DNA of 63,717 nucleotides, filler included, from Trypethelium eluteriae (GCA_051942245.1; 2 parts of 2 records of this genome joined end to end with filler, not necessarily neighbours in it), one strand, 5' to 3'; positions 36,301 to 49,099 are shown, counted from the whole stretch's first letter. Notes: generated by a model from the sequence alone, not told the origin. Numbers and translations: made by a program.

Positions 36301-37079
36301 ATTTCCGGTCTCAACCCGTGCAGAATGTTCATACAGCCCTCTACGTCAACCCGATCTGCTACAGTCTGGACCAACCAGGTAGTTTGCTGCATGTCAGAAC
36401 AGTGCGGGTCAAAACGACAAGTTTTCCGTGTCTCCTCCGTTGATGCCTCTCAGCTCGCATCCTCGGCGTCAAGCCGCTTCGGCAGAAATTTCTCTCAAGG
36501 CTCTACTTCACTGCATCTCCCGGGGCTTTGATAACTGTCTATGAGACACTGAAGGTCATTTAGTTAACCGAATCCTGTCAATCTTATCACGCTTCTCATG
36601 CGGTAGCCAAAGAAGCTAGTCCATGTGCATCGCTCGGACGCCCGATGTCTACGCCAGTCATCACTGAGGATTTTGGACTTGAGAGAAGAGTTCCTGAGGA
36701 GTAATAGCAGATCAATGCTATGGGAAAAATCTTGAGTCAGGCAGACCGCTCATCGAATCAGTGGTCATGAAATCTCCACCCAGCGGGGTCGACGAAGGCT
36801 AGTTGGCGAAGCGAAGGATGCCGTTTAAGTCGCAGAGCATAGGATGGACTACAATCGTGTCGATCACCCAATATAGTCTGGACCTTCGGCCACATTCACA
36901 TGCTCAGTCATGTTCGCGCGTAAGCTCAGTCAGAGAACATACATATAAGAAGCATCACATGTTGGCACGCCATCTTACTGACTCAAGTATTCGGGTTCAA
37001 GAACAGCAAGTTTATCACCTAGAGATTCGATAACTACTCAAAGCCACAGTGGCTATCATCTTTGTGTTCTTGTATAACC

Positions 37080-38611
37080 ATGGCGATTGATTATAAGAGC
37101 CACCCAAGCGAGCTTGTTACGTCCGGGGTACGCTCCGTTTGCAAGCTGACCCTTAATGTCAAAAACGGGAGCTGATTCGCGATTGTATAGCAAGTCCGCC
37201 CGAAAGTTGGCATCAAGGAGCTTCGAGATGCAATACCAGCTCACTGTTTCAAGCCGTCGTATACCACATCACTTTGGTATCTATTCCGAGACTGTGCTTT
37301 GACAGCCACAGGTATGGCAATTGCATACAAATTCATTCCCCAGCTTGAACCCTTCTGGCTCCGCTGCATTGTGTGGGCTCTGTGGGGATATGTCGAAGGT
37401 CTTTTCTTTGTAGGGCTATGGGTATGGCCGCTTCATCGAAAATTTGGCAACGATGGCCATGCTTACCGTGCTGCAGATCTTAGGCCATGAAGCTGGCCAC
37501 TCCGCGTTCTCCCCTTCAGATACGCTCAACAATACTGTCGGATTTATCCTACACTCTTTTATGTTCACGCCATACTTCTCTTGGCGCTCTAGCCATCGGA
37601 GGCATCACATCTATGCCAACAATCTTGCTAAAGATCACAACTACGTTCCACCCCAACGGGAAGAATACTCATCTACCCTTGGAATTGATATCAATAGACT
37701 TGAAGAGCTGACTGAAGATGCTCCGATCGTTACATTACTCCGCATATTGCTACAACAAGTCATTGGTTTTCCTTGGTATCTTTTGACAAATATCACAGCC
37801 TCAGATACCAGTCTTCCGAAGAAAAAGTCTTCTTCCATTCTTGGGAATAGCCACTTCGCGCCTTACGGATCTCTGTTCCGGCCTGACGAGGCTAATGTCA
37901 TCCTCCTATCGGATATTGGCCTTGCGGCAATGGCTTATGTCTTGTATCTAGTCAGCTGTCAAATCGGTCCTGCCATGACGGCTTTGCTGTATATCCAGCC
38001 GTATATGTGGATCAACCATTGGATTGTGGCAATCACCTACCTACACCATACGCATCCAGATCTCCCGAAATACCAAGATGACGACTGGACCTTCCTCAAG
38101 GGAGCTACGGCAACAGTCGATCGGGAGTTCGGATTTGTTGGCAAATATCTCTTCCATGGTATCATCGAATTTCATGTCATCCATCACCTCTTCTCGTAAG
38201 CTTTCCCACCTTTGCATTCCCTTGGACCCTTTTTTATCGATGACTAATTACCATACCCCGACTTTTAGACGCATTCCATTTTATTACGGCGAGGAAGCTA
38301 CCAAAGCCATTATCCCTTTGCTTGGTAATGAATATCATTCCGACAAAGGCCGTGCATTCATTCCTGGGCTTTGGGAGGCATTTACAAAATGCCAGTGGGT
38401 GGAGCCTGATGCGTCTCGGTCTCAACCGGGAGATGGCACATTGTGGTACAAAGGGGGTCCGTCACCTCCTCCAGAGTATAGCATGCGGATGAAGGGTTTC
38501 TACCAGCTCTTCAATCTTCGATCTATCCTGAGGACAGGCCACTATGGCATAACGCACGCGAAACTTCCTCACAAGATGGAGGTAGCGAAGACTGAGAAGG
38601 TAAGTAACTAG
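37080..38611 (+). CDS. Delta-12/omega-type fatty acid desaturase (4 exons)
   Basis: IKELRDAIPAHCF; His boxes HEAGH, HRRHH, HVIHH; ITYLHHT; RIPFY; introns at ~37128-37190, ~37422-37476, ~38196-38268. Confidence 0.93.
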
Positions 38612-39288
38612 ACATTCTCTTCTGTGGCGTGGAGAATATAGGCTTGGCAAAGTCACTGCTCGAGAGTCTTATATTTTTTCATGGAGCGACAAGGCACATA
38701 TTTAGATCTCAAAGGAACAAAGCCTCGTACGAACTCAAAAACTTCTCAAGTGCTTCACCACCAAAGTTGGTCTCTGAAAATCGCGTTGGGGTTGAAGGAA
38801 CATTTTTCATGGCATGATCCTAGTATTCCATAAGGTACAAGATACGCGGCTTCGTTTAGATTTCGCTTTGCTATTAGCGTCTTACAGACCAGTCGCTTCA
38901 GTACGTTCATGAAGTCTGGCGTGCCAAAGACTGGTCCATCCCGAAAGAGCATGGCCCACTGGCGAACCCACCATTCGCGAACATTATGTATGAAAATCAG
39001 AAGGCTCGAGCCATTGCTTTCCCCTACTTTCTCTCGCCGTTTATAAGCAATCAAGAAAGGCTTCTCTCAACTCTTTATTGCTCATTGGCTTTCGTTTGGA
39101 TAGAAATTTCCAAGCACTAAAACAGTTCAACGATTGCTGTCGAACCTGAGAACTTAACTTTTGTCCCTTTCTATTAAGTGATGTTCCTAGGTCCTATTGG
39201 CTCGCCCTTGGTGGTGCAGATCCCTGCCCGAATTGGTATAGACCACCACAGAGGCTTCATCTCCTTAATTTCCGAGGTCATTAAATAG

Positions 39289-40377
39289 TCAGCTGTAGCT
39301 ATGTAGAATAACAGAGTTTTTCGCCCTGATGTAGCCTCCGCCGCAGTTCGATAACTGCGCAGTCCTCGAACTACCGTACCCCAAGAGTCTCTCCAACGGC
39401 GTTATTGTTTTAGTTGGCTCGTGCTTCGTCCATCGCTTTTTCTGGAAGTAGTCAACTACATACAGAACTCGAGCGACCTTTGCGGCAGCAATTACAATGC
39501 TGTCTTGTTTGACCGACAAAGCGCTGTCGATTCTTTCGATAGAGGGTCTTGAGGGTGAGCTGTGCAAAGGTGAGCCGTCGCTATCTCTGGCCTTTGTAAT
39601 CTTTGTCGTTCCCTGACATAGTTAGTCCCTAGATCTAGACAGACGAAAAGGTCTCTCAACTCGTTCCGTAATGGAAGAGTGTCCATAGTGGATACACTAA
39701 TAAATCTTTGTTGTACTTTACGTCCGGGCCCAAGTCTCTGTCGGAAGATTGATCCTCATTGGTAAGCGAAACTTTGAGCGTGGGGTCCCCTGCTTGAGTA
39801 TCGAAATATCCGGTCCACCGAGTACGCCGGCGATACGGAGTACTCTGCCGTCAACGCTGGCCTTTAGGACGAATTTCTTCCAGGCCTCGCTCATCAAACT
39901 CGTCAACCTGGCCTTAAGTGCGATCCCACGAGTTCTCTTGCTGCTACAGTATCTTGATTCCCGCAGTCTACTCAGTCGGCACATTGTCTGGTTCTGGCTA
40001 CTTTGTCTGTTGTTCAGATCACCAAAAGTACGACCATATTAGTGGATCACTCATACTGTTTCGCTTGATACCAAACCTCAACGAGGTGCTACTCTGCCAA
40101 TCTACAACGATGCAAAGTCTATCGACTTTTGAGGCTCTTCGGATCAGCCGATCCGCTGTTATAGCGCTATCATGGAAAATGCATATTTCCCAGGCCGTAA
40201 GTCTGGCCACTTGCCGGCGGATAACAACAACATCGCCGCTCTAGGCATTAACTGGCCATTCTCGTACTGCTGAAATCTGTAGGCAGCCTTATTGTGAATA
40301 CGTGTTCCCAGATCGAACAGAAGATAACATTGGAAACCAAAACGGCGTACTGGGTTTGCATATATTTTTTTCGCCAC
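39289..40377 (-). pseudogene. Possible decayed gene
   Basis: Chain of short same-strand ORFs broken by stops and frameshifts; no family recognised. Confidence 0.25.
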
Positions 40378-40464
40378 CTAGCCATGCTGCTCAAAATTCA
40401 GTGTGCTTTATCTTCGGTGCTTCTCTTTACACCCGACCCGTTTTTCTATTCCTTGGGACAATAA

Positions 40465-41589
40465 ATGAGTATTCTTCTCTACCTCTATATATTTCTTGGA
40501 GTACTTTCCTTTTTCATCAAAGTGGCTGTTTGTCTCACCAACGAAGCTAACGATGTGACCACAATCCTACCACCCAATGCAACACGTCGTACGAGATCTT
40601 CCTTTGATGGTCGAGTATTATTTAATCAGACCTTAGGCAATCGAACACTGGGACCCGAAGAGCTATGCATGCCTGAGACATGTGGCGCTGTATGCATGTC
40701 TCGATCCGGTCTGCTATCTGGGGGCAACGACACCGAGATGGTAAACAATAGTATTAATTCATTCAGATCCATCAACAAGAACTTCGCTGTTGAGACATTT
40801 CCCAAAAATCAACAGCGAAAGCGGTACCTGATGCAAGATCCCCCCAATCCAGAAATCTACGTCTCTCTACTAGCAAGGCTTACTACTGAAGGAGGGCATT
40901 GGCTTCAAACTATTCGCAGTGGTGGTGGTACTTCAACACGAGCTTTTCAGTATGACCTTCAGAGACCCCATTATCAAAGTAGCGTTGGTGTGAAAGGTCT
41001 GTACGGCTGTACTGCAGTCGTAATTGCTTCAAATGCAGGAGTCTTTGCTTCATACATTTGGGAAATCCCTATATTCCGATTCAGAGATGGACGACCACAA
41101 ACTTATGAGTATTTCGATGCAAACGTCTTCGATGTCCTTGCAGATGGGAATCCTACAGATGCGGCTAGGAGTGTCGGGTTCAGAACTCTTTTAGGACAAG
41201 GGGCAATGTTAAGTGATCAGATGAGGCCGGTCATATTCATCATTACTCCATACACTACAGACAGGGAGAGACGTGTCCTCGAACGCCTCGGTATCGCTAC
41301 ACGCTTCCGATATCAAGGCCTGGTCAACAGACTGGCTGCACAGCTACGAGCTAACATTCCGAGTCGGAAGGCTCCTCAGATTCTAGGGTACGAAAGACCT
41401 GTCACAGAACAGACGTTAGACGGAGAAAGCGGGGTGGGAAAGGCGATTGTGGAAGTCGATCAGGCACTTGTCGAAATTCGACAAGGGCGTCGTCGTATTC
41501 CGGGGATAAAAGGATCGTGGAGATTGTGGTATGAGGAGCAGATAATATTCGAGCAACACTACAGCTACCCTCGGCCCATGCCAGATTGA
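40465..41589 (+). CDS. Secreted protein with CNF1/CheD-like deamidase motif, 374 aa
   Basis: Signal peptide, CxxxxCxxxC pro-region, Kex2-like RKR site, GLYGCTAVVIASNAGVFASYIWE motif; intronless. Confidence 0.75.
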   Translation: MSILLYLYIFLGVLSFFIKVAVCLTNEANDVTTILPPNATRRTRSSFDGRVLFNQTLGNRTLGPEELCMPETCGAVCMSRSGLLSGGNDTEMVNNSINSFRSINKNFAVETFPKNQQRKRYLMQDPPNPEIYVSLLARLTTEGGHWLQTIRSGGGTSTRAFQYDLQRPHYQSSVGVKGLYGCTAVVIASNAGVFASYIWEIPIFRFRDGRPQTYEYFDANVFDVLADGNPTDAARSVGFRTLLGQGAMLSDQMRPVIFIITPYTTDRERRVLERLGIATRFRYQGLVNRLAAQLRANIPSRKAPQILGYERPVTEQTLDGESGVGKAIVEVDQALVEIRQGRRRIPGIKGSWRLWYEEQIIFEQHYSYPRPMPD

Positions 41590-41992
41590 GCCTTCGGATC
41601 TTGAGAAGGTGCACAGCCTTTCCAGTATTAGTACCCGCTGACTCTTTACTGATTATACCTACCTAATTGCATATTAGACTGTTCTGGATTATTAATGACC
41701 ATTATATATTCTGCTCCTTTCTTGAACGTGGCGTGTTGATTATTGAGATCTATTTGATTGGTACAAATAACATTGACCTATAGCGCCGTAGTCGGTGTCA
41801 AAATGTGAGTCGATTGCTTTTCTTAGTCAAGAGCAACGCCACTAGCCATGCAATCGCTAAAAAGGACCAGATGTTCCTTGAATACACAGGATCAAGGAAT
41901 GTGTCCTCTTCGAACTTCCTCCCCTATTAATGCTCGTACACCGCTTTCATTGAAATCCTCCATCACTTTCGAACACATCTTGTCTCCATCGT

Positions 41993-42574
41993 CTAGATGT
42001 ACTCATACGCGCCCACCGACTCAGCATCCTGCGTGGTGATAGCCATATCGATTGCATCGGCGCAGACAGCACCCATGCTGCTCACCCTCCCCAAGACCTG
42101 ATACGGGAGTTGACCAGGCGCACCCAACGGGCACGCAATCCAGCCAGCAAAGTTACCACCGCCGAAGTGGAGCACGCCGCCCTCACCATCGAACGGGCTC
42201 GTGTACGCGCCATCGGGGATGTCGTTCACCTGGCCGGGCTCGGTGAAGCTGAAGACGCCGTTCTGGGCAACGTACACGCGTGAGGGAACGGTGGAGTACA
42301 TGCCGACCGAGGAGCTCAGGCTGTCGATGAGAACGGAAGTCGTGTTGCTGTACTGCTCGCACTGGGGCGCGGCGAGCGTGCAGGGCGCGTTGGTGGGTAC
42401 GCCGATGTAGAAGGCTCCGCCGGAGGCGGCGAGGGGCTGGCCGTTGATGAAGTCAAAGTCGGCGGCGGCGAAGAGGTTGCGCGTGCCGCCGCCGGCTTGG
42501 CGGGGGATGACGGCAGCGGAGAAGGCGAGGGGAAGGGCCATGAGGCCGGAGAGGACGGAAGTGAGAGAAGGCAT
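41993..42574 (-). CDS. Secreted cell-wall protein, PhiA / IgE-binding protein family
   Basis: Signal peptide, INGQPLAASGGAFYIG, VYVAQNGVFSFT, WIACP, terminal AYEY. Confidence 0.8.
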   Translation of the reverse strand: MPSLTSVLSGLMALPLAFSAAVIPRQAGGGTRNLFAAADFDFINGQPLAASGGAFYIGVPTNAPCTLAAPQCEQYSNTTSVLIDSLSSSVGMYSTVPSRVYVAQNGVFSFTEPGQVNDIPDGAYTSPFDGEGGVLHFGGGNFAGWIACPLGAPGQLPYQVLGRVSSMGAVCADAIDMAITTQDAESVGAYEYI

Positions 42575-44408
42575 GGTAGTAATTGTGGTTTTTTTGAAGA
42601 GATCTGAGAAAAGAGGAACGAATCTATCTATTGAGGTGAAGAGTTGATGGAGATATCGAAGTCTTAGGAAAAAGTTGCTTGTGGGGTTGATGGCGCGAAG
42701 ATAGGAAAGTCAACACTCATTATATATGTCATCTTTGAGGGCAGGAGAGAGCGATAGGCATGTTGAAGCTATTTTGGTGGCCGTAGTAGGTGAAAGTGGC
42801 GCACCACTTGCTAGAAATGACATCGGCGGAGTCAGCAAAACGGAAATTGCTTTAGGCGACTGGGGTGTGCAATCCTCAGCCCCCTTTTCTTTCGGTACAT
42901 AAGGCAAGAAACAGCCAAAAGGAGTTGAGACAGTCAAAGCTTGTCCAATAGAACATCACTGGAGAGTGCTGACCGGACACGACTCGTCCAAGGTGCCATA
43001 ACGATGTTGTATGCTCTCTGCCACCCGCGAGATGCTGGACTCATGGTGTCACACCAAGATCCCAAAACCTCGTGTCATCCACATAGCGTCCCGGCCTCCA
43101 GCGCAATTTTTAGGACACTTTGTAATGCAAAAGCTCCTCGACCTTTGGCCTCTAATGGCTTGCCTGCCGTTGGTGCAGCAATGTCAGCTGGAACAGATTT
43201 TCGTTGAGACGATTTCCAGGCGAGGCTTGACAAAATATTCGTTGCCAAGACTATGTCACGTGTGTATCTAAAATTAAATGGCGGACCCGATGCAACTTCG
43301 CCCAGAACTCGATGGAAAATTAACGAACCCTTCTTGTCCGTATGGTTGATAATGCGCAACCCTATAAACCTGCTACAAGCTCCTGGCAGACTTCAGACTG
43401 GCACAAAAGTGCTGATGAGAGGGTTTGATCGCGATGTCATGTTCTTGCTAAAGACGTTTGTGCATGGGGCATGGTTAGAGAAACCCGACTTTGAGTGCAA
43501 TCTACAAGATGCCTCTACATATCAGAGCGCTCTGTATTACTGAGCCTCTCCAACGACTTGACGGCATATCATGCTTAGCTTCCCATGACTTCCTTGCACT
43601 CGAAATCGATCTTCTCAACATCACTTTACTCGGTCTTGCTTCCTTGGAGAGCGTTAAAATTAACCGTACAATGTTCAGTCATGTCCGCCTTGAAGATCCT
43701 GCTGCAGGTATACAGAAAAAACCGTAATACTTCCAGCAACATCTCAGCATACGCATCGGCATTCTACACCCTTGACGGAAAGTCAGACTCTTCGCCGCCC
43801 TCGGAAAACAATGTGTCCGGAAGAAATTGCCCAGATTCAGACCAAAGCTGTGAATACTGAGCGTATCTTCATCATTCGATATCAAAGTCATGGACGAGAA
43901 ATGCCTTTAAGGCATTGGTGGTTGAAAGTCTGCCATGCCGACTGATTGTGATTTTGCGCATAGCCTTTTTCGGAATACTACGATGGTGCACTGTATTTAG
44001 CAAAAACCGGAATATCGAGGCAATGCGATATTGAAGTAAGTTGTTTAGCCTTACGAGCCCTGATCTTCCGGCTATAGATCCAGGTACTAGTTTCTCCGTC
44101 TTGGCGCTGATGCTTTCGAAAGAAGTTGCCCCTCATTGGCAGCGCTGGCCCACCCATCTGCCCTTGTCTTTCTCATGGGAGTGATCTGCATGCAGTAGCT
44201 CTCGCTGGACCCTGCAGATGCGGGGAAATAAGGTTTCCCGCAAAAAATATAGAGTTCTCCGTTGATATAACATGGATTCGGTAATCTAGGCCAAAGCATC
44301 ACGAGTCTGGTCAAGGGCTATAGATGACAAGGAAGGTTTGTCTATTTTTCTCAACTGAACCCCCCTCTAGCTTGAGCTTCAACCATTCCTGTCTTTGTTG
44401 TCCTCAAC

Positions 44409-46340
44409 ATGCTCTCTCGACTTTTGCTTGGCCGAAGCCTATGGCAGGCCTTCACAACTAGCATGCTTCTAGTTCTCACTACTTTACTGCTTTGTTCTCC
44501 AGTTTCATCCCAAGCCGATCCACCAGCCGTCACCGAGAAGGGTGTCTCTGCATATCCCTTCGATTTCAGCCAAGTGACCTTGAACACTGGCCGCTGGCAG
44601 GACAACCAAGCACGTACAATATCTTACCTGCATTATGTAGATGTTCAGCGCATGCTCTACGTATTCCGTCAGAATCACAAACTGTCGACTAACGGAGCTA
44701 CGGCAAACGCTGGCTGGGACGATCCGACTTTTCCCTTTCGCAGCCACTTTCAGGGCCATTTGATGTCCGCTTGGGCTCAATGCTACGGCCAGCTTGGTGA
44801 TGCAACATGCAAATCACAAGCCACCACCATGACCGCTGCTTTAGTTCAGTGTCAAGCAAACAATGCTGCTGCTGGTTTCGCCACTGGATACCTCTCTGGA
44901 TTCCCAGAGTCTGATTTCACGGCTCTTGAAGGAGGCACACTCACAAACGGCAACGTCCCGTGGTATGTCATCCACAAAACCATGGCCGGCCTTCTAGATG
45001 TCTGGGTGCATATCGGGGACTCAAACGCGCAAAAGGCTCTCTTGGCGCTAGCCAGCTGGGTTGATACAAGAACCGCAAAGCTCAGCTACAGCCAAATGCA
45101 AAACGTCTTGAACACCGAATTCGGCGGCATGCCCGAGGTATTAAGCGATCTATATTTCCAGACCGGAGACTCAAAATGGCTCACTACTGCTGCACGCTTT
45201 AACATGGCTTCAGTCTTAACACCTTTAGCGAACAATCAAGATCAGCTGAACGGGCTCCACGCCAATACTCAAATCCCTAAATGGATCGGCGCTCTCCGCG
45301 AATACAAGGCGACAGGAAACACCACGTATCTCAACATCGCCCGAAATGCATGGACCATCACCACAAGTGCACACGCGTATGCCATGGGAGGGATTAGCGA
45401 AGCCGAGCATTTCCATGCTGCCAACGCAATCTCCGGCTACCTCGATGCGGATACCATGGAGCACTGCGATTCCTACAATATGCTCAAACTGACTCGTGAG
45501 CTCTTTGCCGTCGACCAAAGCACCACAGCTTACTTCGATTACTACGAGCGCACTTTGATGAACCATGTCATCGGCTCTCAGGACCCGCAAAGCAGCCATG
45601 GAGCCACCACGTACTTTTCTTCGCTTAACCCAGGATCTCTACGTGGTCTTGGACCTGCATGGGGAGGTGGTACATGGAGCACTGACTACTCCTCTTTCTG
45701 GTGCTGCCACGGAACCAGCTTGGAAGTCAACACGGCTCATGGAGATTCGATTTATTATTACGATAGCGATGATATATATGTCAACCTGTTCCATTCGTCA
45801 ACGGTGAACTGGTCCGCAAAGAATGTCAAGATTACCCAGACCACGAACTACCCCATTTCGGCATCCTCTACCCTGCAAGTTACGGGCTCGGGCTCCTGGG
45901 CGATGAAGATCCGTATCCCTGCATGGACGTCCGGAGCTTCTATCCTTGTCAATGGTCAGGCAGTCTCGAGTAGCAGCATTACTCCTGGCAAATACACTAC
46001 AATCTCGCGCACATGGAGCTCCGGAGACAAGGTCACTGTGTGTCTACCGATGTCCTTCAAAACAATCGCTGCCAATGACAAACAAAGCGTTGCAGCCGTT
46101 GCATATGGGCCTGTCATTCTCACCGGAAGCTACAGTTCGAGCTTCACTTCCATGCCGAGCCTGTCTTTGGGCACCTTGCAGCGCACAAGCACCAGCGCTT
46201 TGCAATTCAGTGGAACGTCGGGCTCGCAGACGGTCCAGCTTATTGCATTCTTTGAGGCTCAACACGTATACTCAAACACTTATTGGACTACCAGCGGATC
46301 GGTGCCAAGTACCACCAGCGGAATCTGCTCTGCATCATGA
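44409..46340 (+). CDS. Secreted beta-L-arabinofuranosidase-like glycoside hydrolase (GH127/GH146, DUF1680)
   Basis: GH.MSAWA, GYLSGFPE, EFGGM, LHANTQIPK, EHCDSYNMLKLTR, FWCCHGT, IRIPAW motifs; signal peptide; intronless. Confidence 0.92.
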   Translation: MLSRLLLGRSLWQAFTTSMLLVLTTLLLCSPVSSQADPPAVTEKGVSAYPFDFSQVTLNTGRWQDNQARTISYLHYVDVQRMLYVFRQNHKLSTNGATANAGWDDPTFPFRSHFQGHLMSAWAQCYGQLGDATCKSQATTMTAALVQCQANNAAAGFATGYLSGFPESDFTALEGGTLTNGNVPWYVIHKTMAGLLDVWVHIGDSNAQKALLALASWVDTRTAKLSYSQMQNVLNTEFGGMPEVLSDLYFQTGDSKWLTTAARFNMASVLTPLANNQDQLNGLHANTQIPKWIGALREYKATGNTTYLNIARNAWTITTSAHAYAMGGISEAEHFHAANAISGYLDADTMEHCDSYNMLKLTRELFAVDQSTTAYFDYYERTLMNHVIGSQDPQSSHGATTYFSSLNPGSLRGLGPAWGGGTWSTDYSSFWCCHGTSLEVNTAHGDSIYYYDSDDIYVNLFHSSTVNWSAKNVKITQTTNYPISASSTLQVTGSGSWAMKIRIPAWTSGASILVNGQAVSSSSITPGKYTTISRTWSSGDKVTVCLPMSFKTIAANDKQSVAAVAYGPVILTGSYSSSFTSMPSLSLGTLQRTSTSALQFSGTSGSQTVQLIAFFEAQHVYSNTYWTTSGSVPSTTSGICSAS

Positions 46341-46597
46341 TTTATCTATCCAGCCCCTGTAAGTGGGTAGGTCAAAGTCTCGTCTACTGAGAAAACCCTA
46401 GTCTCAATTAGCGAAGATATTCATCTTGAGCAATCCTTAAACAAATACACAATCCAATTGTAAATATTTCCATTCATCAACAAGGCTAAATCAGGCGGTC
46501 TGCAGCAGCTAGACGGTTCCCTCTACCTTATAACCTTGATTTGTTTACCTGTACTCTTGAACTCCATCTCCGCATATTCAATGCCATACCTTCTTAG

Positions 46598-47837
46598 TCA
46601 GACAAGAAGTTCATTCGCATAAATTTTCTGAGGCAATGTAGGCGCCAAAAGTGTAGGTTCGCTCCTCTCTGTACGGCCTGCTGTTTTAGCATTCGAAGTT
46701 GCCGAGAGGAAATTGTCCTTCATATCAGACGCAGACGAGGTGTTTCTTGACTCCTTGCCGGTTTGCAGCTCCATACAACTCCGGCTTCTACCATTTCCAT
46801 TATTCCTCGAAACGGTCTTATGCGAACGTGTGAAGGTGTTGAGTAAACGCGTCGGATGCACAATATAGGCAATGAGCGGGTGAAATGCAATGAAGCATGA
46901 TGCGAATAAGTATGTACCTGGCTCAACAACACACCAGGTGATAAGGATTACTGCATTCCACGTTTCATCGGCAAGTGCAGAGGTGTCAAAAAAAGCGACA
47001 AGACGTAAGATCGACGTTATTAGGCCTCTGTGCTATCGTCATTAGTAGCTTAAGAATACGCATGAGTGGACATGATGAAATACTAACACACTGCCTATCA
47101 CAAAAGTGACAGTGAGTCCAACTTTGGTCGCTCTGTTCGTGCGTAGCTTCCAAATGAGAGGCATTGGCAAAATCAACATCGCGACATCGGTTATGATATT
47201 AGCCAGGGTGCCATAACGGAAAAGTGCTTCGATATTATCGCACCAGCCATTAGGTGAAGCAGCGGGATTCCAGCCATGGGATATCGGGTGGCATTTCCAG
47301 ATGCAAGCCGGAATGGTGGCAGTGGCGTTAGAGACTATAACGACCATCACAAGGTAGGTGCACCACCTTGACGCCTTGTCGACAAAGATCCGAAGGTAGA
47401 CTACCAGAATCGCACATTTGGGTAAAGATACCGCGATTGCATACATTGTAGGCAGTGCAATCAAACTGCTCTTGTACCAGTATGCGATCTTTTCCGGGTA
47501 TTGGATGACAAACTCCATGTGTCGCCCAACGCCTCCATGTTGTACAGCAACTTTCTCGAGTCAGCTGGATGCATTGTCTATGGCGAGACGAATGTTCCAA
47601 GCAAATCCACTTACCAAACGCCAAGATGGAGTTCAAGATACAGAAGACGAGGGCCAAAGGCACGAGATAATCATCCCAGTCTTGTGGTGCTTTTTGAGTT
47701 CGACGAGAGCAGAGCCGTAGCGCTACAAAGATAGGCTCGAGCACCATAAACGCAATTCCAACATTAACAAGTCTGTAGCCGATATATTGATCCAGATAGT
47801 CTTGTGATGGCTCAGATAGAGAAAGTGAAGAGGCCAT
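46598..47837 (-). CDS. PTH11-like / fungal rhodopsin-domain integral membrane protein (3 exons)
   Basis: FVALRLCSR, WDDYLV, PKCAILVVYLRIF, CHPISHGWNP, NIITDVAMLILPMPLIWKL; GT-AG introns. Confidence 0.88.
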
Positions 47838-49099
47838 TTTGAAATCGGATCAAAGCGGGACGATGAAGAGAAAAGCTGAGGTCGCAAACCTGAACTAATA
47901 TTGAGGTCTACTATACGGTAAGGCTCACTGGCTAGCGAAAGGCCGTTCGTTACTCTGCGCCAAATACACATTCAGGACGCTTGAAGTTTCCATTCTCAGT
48001 CGAGACATGCCCAGCCTTTTAGATAATGTTGAGCCGAAAACGGACAGCAGCAGCTGCCACCAACCTGAAGATCTTTGTACGGATCGAAAATCAGGTCGCT
48101 TATGCACATCGGGAATTTACTCTGGGACGTATCGTTCAGCATCGTGGGGGCCAAACTTCGAGCATCTGTATGTTGAGCAGGTCATTAATCAAACGGCAGT
48201 TGCCTATGCTTCCTCCTCTGAACCGAGGAACGCCCTGGACCCCACCTTGCCAACAGTCTTAATCTACAGTCAGGCTCCCATAGGCTGCTGCTCACATTCA
48301 GACATTGCATGGCGAGCAAGCCCCGTATTCATACAAACTTTCCCATTAGATCATTGGTTCATTGCCCGAGCCTGTCTGCAAGCCCCTTGCCTTTTTCTGC
48401 CTTGCCCATGGCCACATCAAGCAAGTATTCGTGAATAAGCGGGAAAGGCCCGAGAAATATAACAGAAGTTCACCGATCAAACACCCATATTCGCATACGG
48501 GTTCTATATTATCAGTAAGATCAGAACTTGGCTGAACACTTTGCCTCCTCAATCGAAGACTTGTAGACTTCGGTAGCGAATTGCCCCTAACATCGGTATG
48601 TGCAAGACTCGCGATAGCATCGGCACGATCCAGGCTTGTACCTGTACTGACATTGAGCCTAGGCTCATCGCTCAGATCCTTGTTCGAACTTCCGCCTAGT
48701 CAAAGATAAGGCAAACACCAGCTCGTCTTTACGCCTAGTCTTGGTTATAACTTGTCATGTTGCTCGAAACAGCCTAAGGTGAGCATGCACATTGTTAACC
48801 CGGTAATAAAATTTGGGTGTAACAGGTAGTTGATACGTACCTGGCCAGCAGTATGATTCTAATCTTGCATCAAGAAAATGGCCATTCGAGGGCTGAAGAC
48901 TCGATGGCAGAGGGCGATATTCTTCTTGAGTGCTATCACCACTCCTTCTAACAAGTAGTTCAGGATCAGTACTTTGGAAATGAAGCCGCGAAAAAGAAGT
49001 CTGTAGCCTCCGCACCATCATCATAATTCCAGAGGGTCGCGACGATGTTTTTGCATGCAGATACAGCATCTTCTAGAGGAAGCTTACATGCATACAGTG

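Noticed and set aside
33510..37000. Short ORFs in the 3.5-kb BRF1-desaturase interval, including Cys-rich 35815-36036
   Set aside because: No signal peptide, motif or consistent splice model; cannot be supported.
1879..42574. Functional link between the TLDc-like gene and PhiA-like gene through V-ATPase inhibitor stress
   Set aside because: About 38 kb apart and across an artificial join; no evidence of linkage.
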